The notes under the pieces are model-generated. The model was not told where the DNA came from. It searched no databases and saw only the letters and a program-made list of their open reading frames with translations. Position numbers and translations under genes: made by a program. A DNA stretch of 63,896 bases, filler included, from Welwitschia mirabilis (Eukaryota), in NCBI GenBank assembly GCA_051453625.1. It is 6 parts of one record of this genome, joined end to end, with 100 filler letters (N's around TTAATTAATTAA, not from the genome) between each part and the next. Parts side by side here need not be neighbours in the genome. Positions count along the whole stretch, not along the records: positions 12,591 to 28,029 come from JBOZIK010000001.1; positions 28,130 to 46,636 come from JBOZIK010000001.1; 4 more parts are not named here. One strand, 5' to 3'. Of this stretch, positions 25,781 through 39,250 are shown piece by piece (within the stretch, counting starts at the first letter, position 1; the number at the start of each line of letters is the position of its first letter).

Positions 25781-27780
25781 TTCACAATATCAGCATACTA
25801 AGGATCAAGATGAGTAGAAGAGATGGCATAAAGCTATTTAATTGCAAATAGTTATTCATCTATAAAATAGTCATTTATGGAAAGTTCATCATAAGAGTAA
25901 GAAAGTCGAGATAGATTATTGACAACACCGTTATGTTTTCTAGCCTTCTTAATGATGATAAGGTTGAATTCTTGTATGAGAAGAGTCCATCTAACAAGTT
26001 TGGCACTAGAGTCTTTTTTAGTCATAAAATAGCAGATGGTTGCATGATCTATGTAAACATTAATGTAAAGGCTAAGAAGATAATGCTAAAGATGATCTAG
26101 GTAAAAGATAATGGTAATAATTTCTCTCTTAATAGTAGTATAGTTGGATTGAGCTTAAGATAAATTTTTACTAAAATAAGATATAAATTTAAAACCATTT
26201 TTATACTTTTGGTCAAAAACCCCACCCATAGTAATGTTGCTTGCATCACACATAAGTTCAAAATCCTTACTCCAATTGAGACACTTGATAATAGGTTTAG
26301 AATAAATGCTTTCTTTAACAGTTTTAAATGCAAGTTGACATAAATCATTCTAATATAATTTAGCATCTTTTTCAAGTAATGAGTGAAGTGGTTTATAAAT
26401 TCTGATATAATCATGAATAAAATGTCAATAGAAACCAACATAACCAAAAAAAGATCTTACTTATTTGATATTAGTTAGAGGGTAATATTTTTAATGATAT
26501 CAACTTTTGTGGAATACATCTCAATCCCTTCTTTTGAAATGTAATGTTGTAAACAATTTCATGGTTGATAAGGATAAAACTCTTTTCCTAACTCAAATGT
26601 AAGCCACTCTCTATACATCGATCCAAAAATTTCTCTAATTTTTCTGTGATTTATTTAAAAGTATTACCAAAAATGGAGAAGTCATCCATAAATATTTCAA
26701 TAGAGTCCTCTATCATGTCAGAAAAGATCTTCATCATAGCTTGTTAAAAGGTTCTAAGGGCATTGCAAAGTCCAAAGGACATTCATCTAAAAGAAAAGAT
26801 TCCAAAGGGTGGGGTAAAAGTTGTTTTAGCTTGATCTTCACTTGCTATACAACTTTGATTATAGCCATTATACCCATCAAAAAAAAAGTAGTAGGCATAA
26901 CCTCATATTCTATCAAGTAATTGATNNNNNNNNNNNNNNNNNNNNNNNNNNNNNNNNNNNNNNNNNNNNNNNNNNNNNNNNNNNNNNNNNNNNNNNNNNN
27001 NNNNNNNNNNNNNNNNNNNNNNNNNNNNNNNNNNNNNNNNNNNNNNNNNNNNNNNNNNNNNNNNNNNNNNNNNNNNNNNNNNNNNNNNNNNNNNNNNNNN
27101 NNNNNNNNNNNNNNNNNNNNNNNNNNNNNNNNNNNNNNNNNNNNNNNNNNNNNNNNNNNNNNNNNNNNNNNNNNNNNNNNNNNNNNNNNNNNNNNNNNNN
27201 NNNNNNNNNNNNNNNNNNNNNNNNNNNNNNNNNNNNNNNNNNNNNNNNNNNNNNNNNNNNNNNNNNNNNNNNNNNNNNNNNNNNNNNNNNNNNNNNNNNN
27301 NNNNNNNNNNNNNNNNNNNNNNNNNNNNNNNNNNNNNNNNNNNNNNNNNNNNNNNNNNNNNNNNNNNNNNNNNNNNNNNNNNNNNNNNNNNNNNNNNNNN
27401 NNNNNNNNNNNNNNNNNNNNNNNNNNNNNNNNNNNNNNNNNTTTAGAACTACTATTAAAGGGCTAACCTACTCACTATCAGATATGGCATATGTGATTTT
27501 AGCATCCATAAGTTTAATGATTTCATCTTTAATGATGTGTTTAAGGGCTGGGTTAAGCCTTCTTTAGGGCTTCCTAATAGGTTTAGCATTATCTTTAAAG
27601 TAAATCTTGTGTTAAACTATAGAAGGAGGAATGGTAGCTAAGTCTTTATGTGTGTAGGCAAAGGCATTTTCTTTCAAATTTAAGAGTGAGATAAAGTTTG
27701 ATTTATGTTAAAGAGTGAGAATATCACTGATTATTAGATGTTTCATTTAATTATCAAATAAAAAATGTATTTTAAACTTT
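25780..27780 (-). pseudogene. Gypsy RT and RNase H remnant
   Basis: ITYAISDSE*VSP; FDGYNGY..EDQAKTTF..PFGIFSFR*MSFGLCNA; IFMDDFS at 26675-26695; FELMCDASN; KKDSSAKLVRWTLLIQEFNL. Confidence 0.93.
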
Positions 27781-28129
27781 AGGTAATTTCTTAAGTTCAA
27801 GGCTGAGAGTTTTAGTTGTTGCCATGTCTTTCGTGGGGATAAGAGACATGGAACGATACTCCACAAAATGTTTTTCTACCAAGTAATTATGTTGAGTGTC
27901 TTCCCAGTTAGTATGTTCTTCATCCTTAGACTCAAAACAGTGTCTTTCAGTGGGGTCATCGTATAAAGTTAGTTCATGTAGCATAATCAATCTCTCCATA
28001 ATTAGTTGATGTTGTAAAAATAAGGTTGGNNNNNNNNNNNNNNNNNNNNNNNNNNNNNNNNNNNNNNNNNNNNTTAATTAATTAANNNNNNNNNNNNNNN
28101 NNNNNNNNNNNNNNNNNNNNNNNNNNNNN

Positions 28130-29519
28130 GTTCTACACACTTGAAACCTTGGATATTGCCATAACCACTACCCTTTCGAATGAACTTTATCGAGTTAATA
28201 CATTTTGTCATGAATCTTTAATCAGGTAATATTATGATATTTTCCTTTGGAGTTTGCTACATTAGTACTTATATTAGGTAAACACTATTCTTCTTGTTCC
28301 TTGTGTTTATTTCTCCTCTGCTTTTCTTTTGTTTTTATGTATACTATTTTTTAATCATTTTTTGCATTTTCTTCTTTTTTTAGGACTTTACTTGTTTGGT
28401 AGTTTTTCTTTCTGGTAATTTTTCAACCTAGATTGTATGTTTTCCTTCTGCCATAGTTTTTAACTTTTTCTATGTTTTTTTCTCTTGAAAAACCCTGTTC
28501 ATGTCCAGTCATCCAGATAGTCGTCCAGACGATACTAGAAGAATAACAGACAGATTTTTCTGATAGTCGTCCTAGGGCTGATGTCCGGACGACACGACAG
28601 GACGACAGTGCGTTAAAAGCGCCAGTTCAACCCTTTTTCCTTATTTTTCACTCATTTTCTCATCTTTTTCCTCCGTTCTTTTGAGAGAAGATGACTCCTC
28701 GAGCGAGTACTAACATTTTGGAACTTGTTGCACCTGATTTCGTTGCTAGATTTATGAGTTTTCATTAGATTTGCAAAAATGAGGTGTGTTTATCTTTCCT
28801 CTTGATTTTTCAATTTTTTCTGTTGTTTTCAACCTTTTAACATGTAGTTTTCACATGTGTTGTCCATTTTTTTGCGCTCTATGTTTTGGAACTTACGGAT
28901 CTAATTTTCACTGCGTATTTTTTGAGTTATAACCATTTTCGCTTTTTATGAGGAATTCTCCTATTATTACATTTCGTACTCGTTTACTTGTAAACCTTAA
29001 GTCAAATCGTAGTGATCCTTTAGGAAAAATTGATCAATGCAATATGCTCTATGACTTTACTGGATTAGATTTTTCATTTGAGTACTTTAAATTTTTCTTT
29101 CCTATAGGGCCCACTACATATGTCGTGTTCCGATTTCCTTCATTTTCCTTATTTCTTTTCTCATGGCTAGGCAATTTGGGATGCATTGCAATTTTTAGAG
29201 GGGGGTAGGACATATTTTCATCATTTTTGATATCTTTTATTAATTATGGGGTCATTTATTTCTCATCCATGCAATGTTTTTATCATGTTTATCTGGTTTC
29301 GCATGATGAGTTTTGTGTTTACGGTTGAGTAGGCCATATACACGCAGGACTAGAGAAACACAGGCTTCATCTGAGTCAGTAGAGCAGGTAGCAGGTCCTT
29401 TATTTGAACCTGAGGTATAGCGTGAGGAACCTATACATCCACCACCTCGACACAGACAATCTATGAGCATACAGACAGCTAGCATTCATGTTGAGAGATA
29501 CTTTAGTGATTTCATGAGC
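28130..29519 (+). mobile_element. Younger Athila-like fragment: integrase end, spacer with GACGAC motifs, internal PPT and start of an env-like ORF
   Basis: Ends ...HESLIR* like ...NSFLR* of the 24473 integrase; CpG-intact gtccggacgacacgacaggacgac; agaggggggtag at ~29197; LSRPYTRRTRETQASSESVEQ.. from ~29325. Confidence 0.65.
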
Positions 29520-29847
29520 NNNNNNNNNNNNNNNNNNNNNNNNNNNNNNNNNNNNNNNNNNNNNNNNNNNNNNNNNNNNNNNNNNNNNNNNNNNNNNNNN
29601 NNNNNNNNNNNNNNNNNNNTATTTAGCAAAAGTTAAAGACCTTGGTGTATGCTTCCCTCTACTTATAATTATTTTATTTTCATTAAATAATATTTACTAG
29701 GAGATTTAAATCATTAAAGATTACTAGTGATACATAATATCTTGAAGCAATATTAGGACATAATATCTTTAAAGAATATTTAGTGGGCAATTAAGTCACT
29801 AAAGAAATTAAAGAACCTACATTTACTAATTTAATAAAAATGGCTGA

Positions 29848-29920
29848 GTGCACCCATTATGATTCGAACCCATGACCTTTAGCTAAAAATTAGTCATCCA
29901 TTACCATTACACCAACTGTT
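29848..29920 (-). mobile_element. tRNA-derived SINE head or tRNA pseudogene
   Basis: Minus strand A box TGGTGTAATGG (29914-29904) and B box GGTTCGAATC (29870-29861) at tRNA spacing; stems do not fold as a functional tRNA. Confidence 0.7.
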
Positions 29921-30120
29921 CTACCATTACAACAACTGTTCAGTTAAGAACATAACAGTAACATTCAATAATTGTGCGTATGACGGCTTGGGGCACTAAT
30001 GGAAGTGTTATCACAAGAATGAGTCTCATTCATGACCAGTGCACCATAGCAGAAATGCTTATTCTTACAATGTAAGAAGGAGCCATTGTGAAGCATTTAG
30101 CTTTAATGGGCAAGCACTAC

Positions 30121-30605
30121 GCCTGCATTCGAGAAGTGTTTGAGAATGCTTTGTCTGCGCGCTGTTTGTGCAAAGGACTGGTAAACATTTTCTGATAAGT
30201 ATCAATGCCCTTTTTCCATCTTATTAGCCCTTCTTTTCTCAAAAACTGACCCCAATCATTTCAATAGTGAGTAAGTGTTGGTAATAAACTTCTTTACCCA
30301 ATGGATTTCTTGACTAGAGGGCTTTAGTACACCATTGCAGCACCTGAAAGCCAAGCATTTTAGGAATGCTCCTAGCATCCTATTTAAAAAATCCATTTTT
30401 TTCTGCTTGAGAAAAAGAAAAAAAAAATCACTTGCTGCATCGGTTTTCTTCAGAAGCGAAAATAATAAATAGAACTTGAAGGTTGAATGTTTGCAGCTCC
30501 TAAATGTTTGCAGGTTGAGAGGAGAGAGGGAATATTGTAGACTTTGGGCGTTGACAAATGCCATTCAATTTCGTCATTATGCTTCAATCGCTACCAAACG
30601 CAGCT
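30121..30605. mobile_element. Probable Tourist-like (PIF/Harbinger) MITE, ~485 bp
   Basis: Left gcctgcattcgagaagtgtttga versus right-end reverse complement gctgcgtttggtagcgattga; TAA just downstream; many GCATT/AATGC submotifs. Confidence 0.45.
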
Positions 30606-30660
30606 TTAAATTCTAATGCTAAAGAAAATGCTCATTCTGATTTTCAATGCCATTCCTTCA

Positions 30661-30776
30661 TGATTAAATGTATTCTTCATGCATCTCCCAAATGCATTAC
30701 TTACTATTTGTAGATTTTGATTAAACGCATTCTTCGTATGCCTTCCAAATGTGTTACCAGCCATTTGCAGATTTTC
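30661..30776. repeat. ~57-bp diverged tandem duplication
   Basis: tgattaaatgtattcttc...tttgtagatttt and tgattaaacgcattcttc...tttgcagatttt. Confidence 0.8.
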
Positions 30777-31254
30777 TCCTAGCTAAAACATTTTAAAAAT
30801 GATTTGCTATCAAAAATTATGCCCAAACAATGCATATAAAATATTCCTTATGATTCGATTAAAGAAAGGGCCCTTATCTAATTGTTTAAATGCCTTAAAT
30901 CATAAATGCTTCTTTCCCTAATCAGATTAAAACAAACACATATTATGCCAGTGATTCATTCTCCTTTTATTTGAGTGTTTCATACTTAGTCTTCCTCCAT
31001 TTTGTTTTCCTTCTGATAACACCCTCCTTATAGCCTTTATGCAGTGTTTTATCTCTTAAACAACAACACTTCTTAGTATTCTCTTAAGCTCCTTGCAAAT
31101 TTGAGGGTGCTAGTGTTTTCCCTTTTCATTCATATTCTACTCTTTAGATCACTACATACACTGTACCTATTGAGACTTTGTCTCCCTTATTTTCAAGTTT
31201 AGATTCCATTTTCCTCATTTAAGTCATTTCAGCCATCCATATTTCAAACAACTC

Positions 31255-31320
31255 AGTTAGCTTAAGTGATTATTAGGCCTTTTATTTGAAGGGAGATTCT
31301 AGGTTCAATTCCCAACTAAG
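31255..31320 (+). mobile_element. Decayed tRNA-derived SINE head
   Basis: A-box-like tagcttaagtg and B-box-like ggttcaattcc with plausible spacing. Confidence 0.4.
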
Positions 31321-31399
31321 TTCTTTTCCTTTTTTTTGGGTACCACTCCATCTCCTTTAATGATGTTTGTAAAATCTCACTTTCTAACTATAATCTTTA

Positions 31400-32060
31400 T
31401 TTTCCTTATTTAAGGAATACCTTATGGGATTCATAAAACAAATTTTGGCTCCTTAATATATAATAGAATAAATAATGTGAATTACTCCCATGAAGGGCCT
31501 TTATCATTAATAGAAATCTATCATAATATTGCAATGATTTATACTTCGAGACTTACTTAGAAAACTTAGATGTCTAGTTTTCTAATCTAAGTCATTGGAT
31601 ATTAATCTTAAATTTTATAGTTGAGTTATTTTAATCTTTACCCTATCTTATGCTAGGGTCTACACATGAACAAGGGTATTTTTAAATGGGACTTGATATT
31701 GGCCTTGCTTAATTGACTACAATTATACACTCTAATTATACCATAAGTAGATCTTTTATATCATAGTAAATAACATATCACCGGCTTATGTTTTTAAGTA
31801 GTTTTCTCTTATAATTCATGAATGAAGATTACCTTGATAAACTAAGTTTACAAGTCTTCTGTTCTCTTAGACACTTCTTTTGCTACTTTTGGGGTATTAG
31901 AGCTACAATAAGTTTGAATGATTTTTCAACTTAGGAATTTTATGAAGATTTTGCAACTATGTGATTTTGGAGTTTCATACAAAATCTATTAATTTTTATA
32001 AAATGTCTCAAATTTAAGATATGTTTTTACTTATCTATCATTCTTCCTTAGGGATAACAT
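31400..32060 (+). pseudogene. Very degenerate chromovirus-type gypsy integrase remnant
   Basis: Frameshifted fragments NIAMIY, KWDLILALL..YNY and KILQLCDFGVSYKI resemble the integrase core and GPY/F region. Confidence 0.4.
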
Positions 32061-32389
32061 TGGGTGGCATAGTTTTACATCACATTAACTAAAAACAAGT
32101 TATAAAAAGAAAGAAGAAAGAAGAATTAATAAAGTAATTTTAGACTTGAAATTCACTTAGATAAGATGGATGTGAACTAGCTCCAATATATTACTGATTC
32201 ACCCTTATGTACTCCTTCAATTTGATGTTATCTAATTTTATTTTCTATAAAATGCTTCAAACTATAAATTTCCTTTGTGTTACGTCATGGGGCATAGTCT
32301 TAAAATCCATATGATAATTAATAAATTAACTTAATACTTTAACTTTGAAATAATAATAGAAAGTAAGGACTTTTAGAGTACTCAAGATC

Positions 32390-33400
32390 TATAAAACTAA
32401 ATGTGGAAAATCTAGTTTTAATAATTTCACTTATCAAATATTTTATATCACTATGTTAATTAATATAAAGAATATCAAACCTTAATAAGCATCAGATAAT
32501 GAGTATTTTTAAAGATAAAACATCATAAAAATAATCAATTGGTAAAACAAAGACTCAGTTTTTTGAAGATATTTGAGAAATTGAAGACATCTTGAGTGAA
32601 GACATTTGGAAAGTTAAAGACATCTTGTATATGTTAGAATTCAACTCACATGCTAAAATCTAACTATTTTATTTAAGACAACTAAGCGAAAAGTTGAACT
32701 AACATAGACGAAGACGTTTACATAATTGAAGATGTCTATATTAAGTTGAAATAGGTAATAGAGTAAATTTAATTTTAGATTAATATCTTACATTTTAGGT
32801 AAGCTATGGACTTATACATTATGGTTTCATCATCATAAGAACCCAAGGATACTACAGAGCAAAATTCATCAAAATCTAGGTAAGTTGAGTAAAGATGTCT
32901 ACAACATAAAGACATGTAACTATTACTATATGTCTATAAAAATAAAGATCTCTTAGATCAAAGTTCATATTGATTAAACATAAAACTACAGACTTGACAC
33001 CTAAACATTATCTATGTATTGCATGATGGTTATAAAATAAAATGGCTATCTTTCAAGACTAAACAATTAGATCTTCCTCAATAGTATAAATCCTTGACAT
33101 CGCAAATTATTGGAATCACTTCTTAAAACTCTAATTGATATAAAGCTCAAGAAATTTTGGAACTTCATTAAGTAATAAAATATAAAATGATGAATGTAGG
33201 AGTAAAAGGAACTTCACATAAAGAATTAAAGGCACCATTTACAAGGATCCTGTATTACTTTTATTATTTGGTCTTGAATCTTCATCCCTATTATATTTAT
33301 CTACATTTATGACAAAAACTATAACATCAAAGATATCAAAGAAATATCTTCAAGCTTATTATTGTTTTATACCTTTAATTCTATATTGTAGACTACTATT
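32390..33400 (+). mobile_element. LTR-like sequence with an AGAC(G/A)TCT motif cluster and TATA box
   Basis: Repeated gaagacatct/gaagatgtct at 32560-32960, tataaa at ~33085; same motif family as 2800-3480. Confidence 0.5.
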
Positions 33401-33401
33401 A

Positions 33402-34588
33402 TGATGCTCACTTAAATGTATTTGATAGGGTATTTTGAGTTTTTTTGTATTTAAACTAACAAATAAATGCCTAGTTCCTATGACAATTGAGAATCTAGGA
33501 GCATAAGATGAAAATATGTAGTTTATCAGATAATACATGAGGATTTCATATAAATAAGGATAAATTGTATTTTTAGATGATTATCCCTACAAACAACCAG
33601 ATATCACACTGACAAAGGATGACTAGAAAACTTTCATCCCCCATGTCGTCCTGAACCCTAATTGGACATATGACAGGCTTATTTCCAGATGACTTGCAAT
33701 TGAAGTGAAGATATTTTCATCAGATTCCATCATCCACAGCATTATCCAGATGACAATAGTGGATGACATCTTCTGAACTACTTGATAGAACTTTGCATGC
33801 AGATCACAGATAGTTGAACTAAAAGCTAAACAGATAACTCATTATAAACCCTTGTCGTCTCCTTTATTGTCTAGACAACCAGAAGGATGACACTATCATC
33901 TTATAGTTTTATAGATTATATTCTTGAGTTGTCACTTATTATTTGCGACTTTCCCTTGCATGTTAGTTAGAGTTTCTCTTATGCTTTTCTATTAGTCCCT
34001 TTTCCCTTTCTGTCTATAAATAAAGGTCTCCCCCTCGATTCCTAATCATCTTCGACAGTACCTGACATTCTCGTGACAGGAGATCTTGGGACTGGAGAAC
34101 CATCTTGTAGTCTAGAGAGACATTACCTTGATGTTGGGTGGTGTATCCTCCATTGAGGAATGGCTACTTTGAGATATAGATGTGTTTTTATACTTTTAAT
34201 ATGAATTACTCTTTTTGTTAACAATTGCAGGAACTTATCCCTCATAGTTTATATTGTTCTAGATTCGTGACAGATTTCTTTAATTATATAGATTATGAGG
34301 CGGCCTTCATTAAGGTTGAGCTTAATTAGATTAGGTGCATCGCTATTTATTTTCATAGATTAGTCTTGCATCTTTATTCTATTTCATGCATTGCAATTTA
34401 ATTTAATAGATTAGAGTTACATATTTCTTTTTGAAATCAACTCTTTATTGTCCATACCATTGGCCTTCGATAGAATTATGACATTCGGATTACTCCATCT
34501 ATACTAGCGTGTTGTATTTTGCATCTTATTTATAATTAACAGGATTGAAATTGAAGTGTAAAACATTGCACAAATACACATCGCAACA
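33402..34588 (+). mobile_element. Athila-like solo LTR (~1.19 kb)
   Basis: TGATGC...CAACA termini; start matches 53998(-) and 62606; ctataaataaaggtctccccctc identical at 59899-59921; no PBS follows and no TSD is recognisable. Confidence 0.85.
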
Positions 34589-35484
34589 TTCATCTACTTG
34601 GTGGTATGACTATTTTGATTTATTTTGACATCAAATTCACAATATCAAAGCATACTAAAGCCTATTAAGACATTATTGCATCGAAAAAATGCATTTTAAG
34701 AGCTCTAACTTAGTCATATCTAGTAATTTTTAAGTAAAATGTAATGTTTTCATATAGTATCAATCATGACTAATGTAATTAAGCCAAATTGCATTTTTAG
34801 CATTTTTGATACTTACTATTATAACTACCTATGACACTGTATACCATTTTCTAGTGCATTTTAGTGTTGTAGCATTATGTAACTATCATCTATTGTAAGT
34901 ATAAATCACATGATGAAAATCAAATATGCCTACCCTAAATCCAATGAAAGTTCATCTATACAAACCATCCTCAATGTCACACTTAACATCCAAATTAATT
35001 ACATGATAGAAAACTCATTTCATGTCATTTTCATGCCTCATTTTATTTTGAAAGAAACATCTAACCACGATTATCTCTCATTTCTTCTCTTCTAAGTTGA
35101 ACTTTTCTATATTTTAGTTTAGGAAGTGTTATTTATTCTTCATTCTCATTTATTACAGAACATACATTTGTTCTTATTCTTTCACATCCGTTCACAATTC
35201 ATTTTTTATTTTCATTCTTCCATTTTCATCCATTCAAAGGGCATTACAAGATACTAAAATGCATGTGATCTCATGGTGCAGGAGGAGAAAAATGCATTAG
35301 ATATTTTAAGCATTAGGATTAAAAACTAATAAAAATAGTTGTGATTACATCTTAAAATAATAAGTGTTTATGTACGTTATCTTTTTATGCTTATGTTTAT
35401 ATGATTTATTCATTTTTGTCATGCATTCTTTTTAATTTAGTTAAACTTTTTATGACATATTACATATTTTTTTGAAGAGATAGT

Positions 35485-35715
35485 AGGTAGGTAATTTTAA
35501 ACCACAGAAATGTGTAGTGGCACTTGGGCTTATGGAATCTATTCTGTTTATAATCTCTGCCTATAGCAGGTAGGTAATTTTGTGCTACAAAAATGCTCGA
35601 TGGCATCTAGGATTATGAAATTTGTTCCCTTAATATTCCCTACCACTGTTAGGGTTTAAACTTTAGACCTATGGATCCATGTATCTGTGGCCTTACCACT
35701 CTGGTGAGTAATCAT
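35485..35715 (-). mobile_element. Decayed SINE-like element with an ~82-bp tandem duplication in its body
   Basis: aggtaggtaatttt unit occurs twice (35485, 35568); decayed B box (gggtttaaact on plus) and ccttaccact A-box region at 35650-35705. Confidence 0.4.
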
Positions 35716-36049
35716 TGACAACATATTACATATTTAGTACTGATAGGATTATTATACATTTAGTACCTATCATAGAATTATCTGATATTGTATGATTGAT
35801 GACTCTGTGTTAAATAAAGTACATCTTTTATGTTTTTCTCTCTTGTTTTTCCACTCTTCTCATTTTTTTTAATGTCATTCATGATTCCATTATTCTTCTT
35901 GAGCATTTAATAATGAATTATTCTTCTTTCATTTCCAATAGCATAAATTAAACATGTGCATATGCAGTTCACTTAATTTTAAAATTAAAAATATTTATTT
36001 TTGCATTAGTTCTTCTCTCTTATTTTTTCTTTTTTTCCACTAAAATGCA

Positions 36050-37120
36050 ACTAGTGAATTTTAGTGATAACGCTAGTTATGCAACTCCAATCAATCTAAT
36101 ATTTTATTCATATATTCCTCCCTTAAATTTAGAAACTTTCATGTACACCTAATCAAAACTCTAATTTAGCCTCTAACATCCCAATTTTGGCTATTTACAG
36201 TTGAGTGGCAATTTTCCCTAGAATTTTTCTGAATCTATGATTTTTTAAAAGTATTTTCATAGTAAATATTTTAGTAAGTGTTGATGTGTTTTCATAAAAT
36301 TAAGATCTTATCTTATATTATTTTTTGAATAATTTTATAATATGAAATCTATTTTTCCTTTAAGTTTTCTAGCTTGATTAAAGTAGGGTTGATCATAACT
36401 TTTGCAAATATTTCTAAATGGTCTTCTTCCTATGAGTGTCAACCAATTTTGCTTGATTTTAAATTTTTAATTCTAAAGACATTTTAGGATATTTTGATTA
36501 CTTTTATGATTCTCAAAAGTTCTAATTTTATTTTTTTAATTTCCTTTTTTCTTTTTCTCCCTTTTCTTTCTTTTTCCTAGTCAAAATATCATGAAATTAA
36601 CTTAGTTTTGCTTTGATAAAATAAATAGCCACATGATTATTTTTTATTAGTTACTATTTTATTTATAATCCAAGTTATATGTACCTTAATTTTGTAATTC
36701 ATTTCAATCCTAATTAAGGTTTATTTTTAAGTTAAATATATCAAAATCTAGTTAAAATATTATTAAAGTCAAATGGTCTACGATGTTAATTTAAAGAATC
36801 ATGTTTCTAAAGTATTATCTTTTGATTTTAAGTTATTATACAATTAGATAGAATGGATTAAGAATAATGAATGACTCATACACATCTGTTTTACCTTATT
36901 TCAAGCAGTTAACTTTTCAAAAAAAATGATTTGTGCATAAGAATGAGTTAAGTTAGATTGACCACTTTAACTAACTTAATCATCCATTTCTTTATAAATG
37001 ATCTTTGGAGTAATTGAATGTTTATTAAAGATTATTTCTTTTAATTCATTATATTTTTCTTTTTACATCTCATGAAATTAATCTTTTTACACATTTAGTA
37101 CTTAAAGTTTATCATATTTC
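36050..37120 (-). pseudogene. Env-like/extra ORF remnant downstream of integrase
   Basis: KEKYNELKEIIFNKHSITPKII..I*LYNNLKSKDNTLET resembles the EFYANL region of Athila extra ORFs. Confidence 0.35.
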
Positions 37121-37999
37121 ATGTGTTGTAATTATAGGTATGTTACTTAAGAATGGTTATTATATTCTATATAGTAACAGTTTAGTAATATAATGTATAA
37201 TATTTTCATAAGATTATATGCTAAGTTTCCAATGGTTCGATCCTCATGTGCTTTCACTATGTATGCAATTAGAGCCTGGAAATTTATTTAAGCTTAATTT
37301 TCAGTTATTCATGCTTTATTTCTTTTCCTTGAGATAAACTATCATGTTAAGCATACAATTCTTTTTGTAAAGGCTTAAAGTGTGATTACTTTATTCAATA
37401 AGGGCTTATATTATCATGAGTTTCTAAGCCTTTTTCCTCCTCCCTAAGGAAGAGAGGATGATTATTTAAATAAGACACTTTCTTGTTAATCCTAATAGCC
37501 ATTTTATATTTAATTTTTATATATTTTACTGTTTGCATGGTTAGTTAATAAAATTTAAGATATGATTGTATTAGCTTTAATTTTTCATCATTGACGTATT
37601 TATGATTAATTACATTACAATATTCATTTTCAACATTTTTTTATTATTCATTTATTTGAATTTTGGTTTCTTTACTGTTTTGATAGGGTTTTCCCAGGAT
37701 AGATGATTTATGTATTACTTTGGTTACATCTTTTTTGCTTTATGTTTTCTTATTACATTGTAAAATGATTCATCTCTAAATTATTTTGGTTTTTTTAACT
37801 TTTATGTCCATTTATAACATTTAATGTTTATAATAAATAATTTATCACTTGCTCATAAACCATTATTGCTTACCAATCTATCATTTTAAACTAAGAAAAT
37901 GGTGATGATTTTTGCAACATTCTTTATTAGGCTTACTTAGCTATTTCTAGTTTCTAAAAGGTGTAAAAATCATCCATTACTTTTCCATCCATTTTTAAA

Positions 38000-39250
38000 A
38001 GCATTTCCCTTTATATTTAACTATTTGAGATAGGTTAAATGAATGATTATGATGATTTGAAGTTTCCTTGTAATCCCTATGAAAAAATAACAATTGAGGT
38101 TACTTATATTATAATTAATGATTCTAGTTTTTATTTTAAGACTACTGGCCTTTGTATCATCAACTAGGACATATTTCTCAAAATTTTTGTGAATATCATT
38201 TATCAAGGTATCAAGTGCTTTTAATATTTTTTATATAAAAATATTTAAATCCATTAATCTTATTTTTAAATTATGATCATTATTAAAAAGATTTAAAATA
38301 TTGATAGGTTTATGATATCTTAATGTAATATTAATAAGGAAAAGGTAATGCTTTCCATAAACAATCTAATACATTAAAAAACTAAGAGAAAGTATAAAAA
38401 GAAATGCAACAAGTTCATAATATTTCATCCAACATAAAAACCCTATTCGTATGATAAATGTTACATACTTTTTTGATCATATTATTAATTTCCCTATTAG
38501 TTCTTTTAGTTAGTCCATTTGTTTTAGGATGATGAAAGTTTCATTCTATGTTTAACCCCATTATCTCTTAATAACTTTTGAATAAATGTATTCTTATAAT
38601 GGGTATCTTGATCTAAAATAAAAACTTGCTAAAATTGGAAATGTGCAATAATATTAGCTTTAATAGACTTACATAGTGTTTTAGCATCATTATAAATAGT
38701 AACTTAAGCTTCCACCCATTTTATCACATAATCTATAGCAATCAAAATGTAATTCTTACCATAAGAAGATGGCAACATGGGTCTAATCAAATCTATAATA
38801 TAAAAATCAAATATTTTACATTCTACGAAGTATATACTTAAATTTTTACATATTTAGCACCTAAACTTTAGTAAATAATATATTAATGCTATAAAAATTA
38901 TTTTTAATATTGAATTATCATTAAAACATATTATCCTCATAATTTTTAAAATGTTATTAAATAGGAATGATACTTCAAATATTAATTACAAGATGCTTTG
39001 AGTTACCTAATTTTCATGAAAGTCAAATAATCTAACATAACTAACATTGTTATCTTTGTTATTAGCCCCATTAAGTTAGGATAAATAGGTCCCAATATAA
39101 ATAGGTTACTAATTAGTGAATACATTACCAAATTAATCTTACAACATAGAATAAAAATTAGTGTAAAAACTGAAGTTTTAAACTAGGTTATAAGAAAATG
39201 ATGGATTACATACTTAAATGCCATAACCAAGGAGATTCATTAATAATCAT
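38000..39250 (-). pseudogene. Gypsy integrase remnant
   Basis: IDLIRPMLPSSYGKNYILIAIDYVIKWVEA*..NDAKTLCKSIKANII..ILDQDTHYKN..LLRDNGVKHR at ~38545-38797. Confidence 0.9.

Larger units (their letters stand above)
20663..28030 (-). mobile_element. Athila-like Ty3/gypsy element, 3' two-thirds (RT, RNaseH, integrase, ~2.7 kb 3' UTR, PPT, 3' LTR)
   Basis: Gypsy domain order RT-RH-INT on the minus strand, then a long UTR, PPT aagtagggggat and an LTR starting TGATGCCAA at 21759; truncated by the linker at 28030. Confidence 0.92.

Noticed and set aside
29848..29920. Functional tRNA gene
   Set aside because: A and B boxes are present but the acceptor and anticodon stems do not pair
33397..34593. Target site duplication around the solo LTR
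   Set aside because: The flanking 5-mers (tatta and ttcat) do not match, so no TSD is claimed
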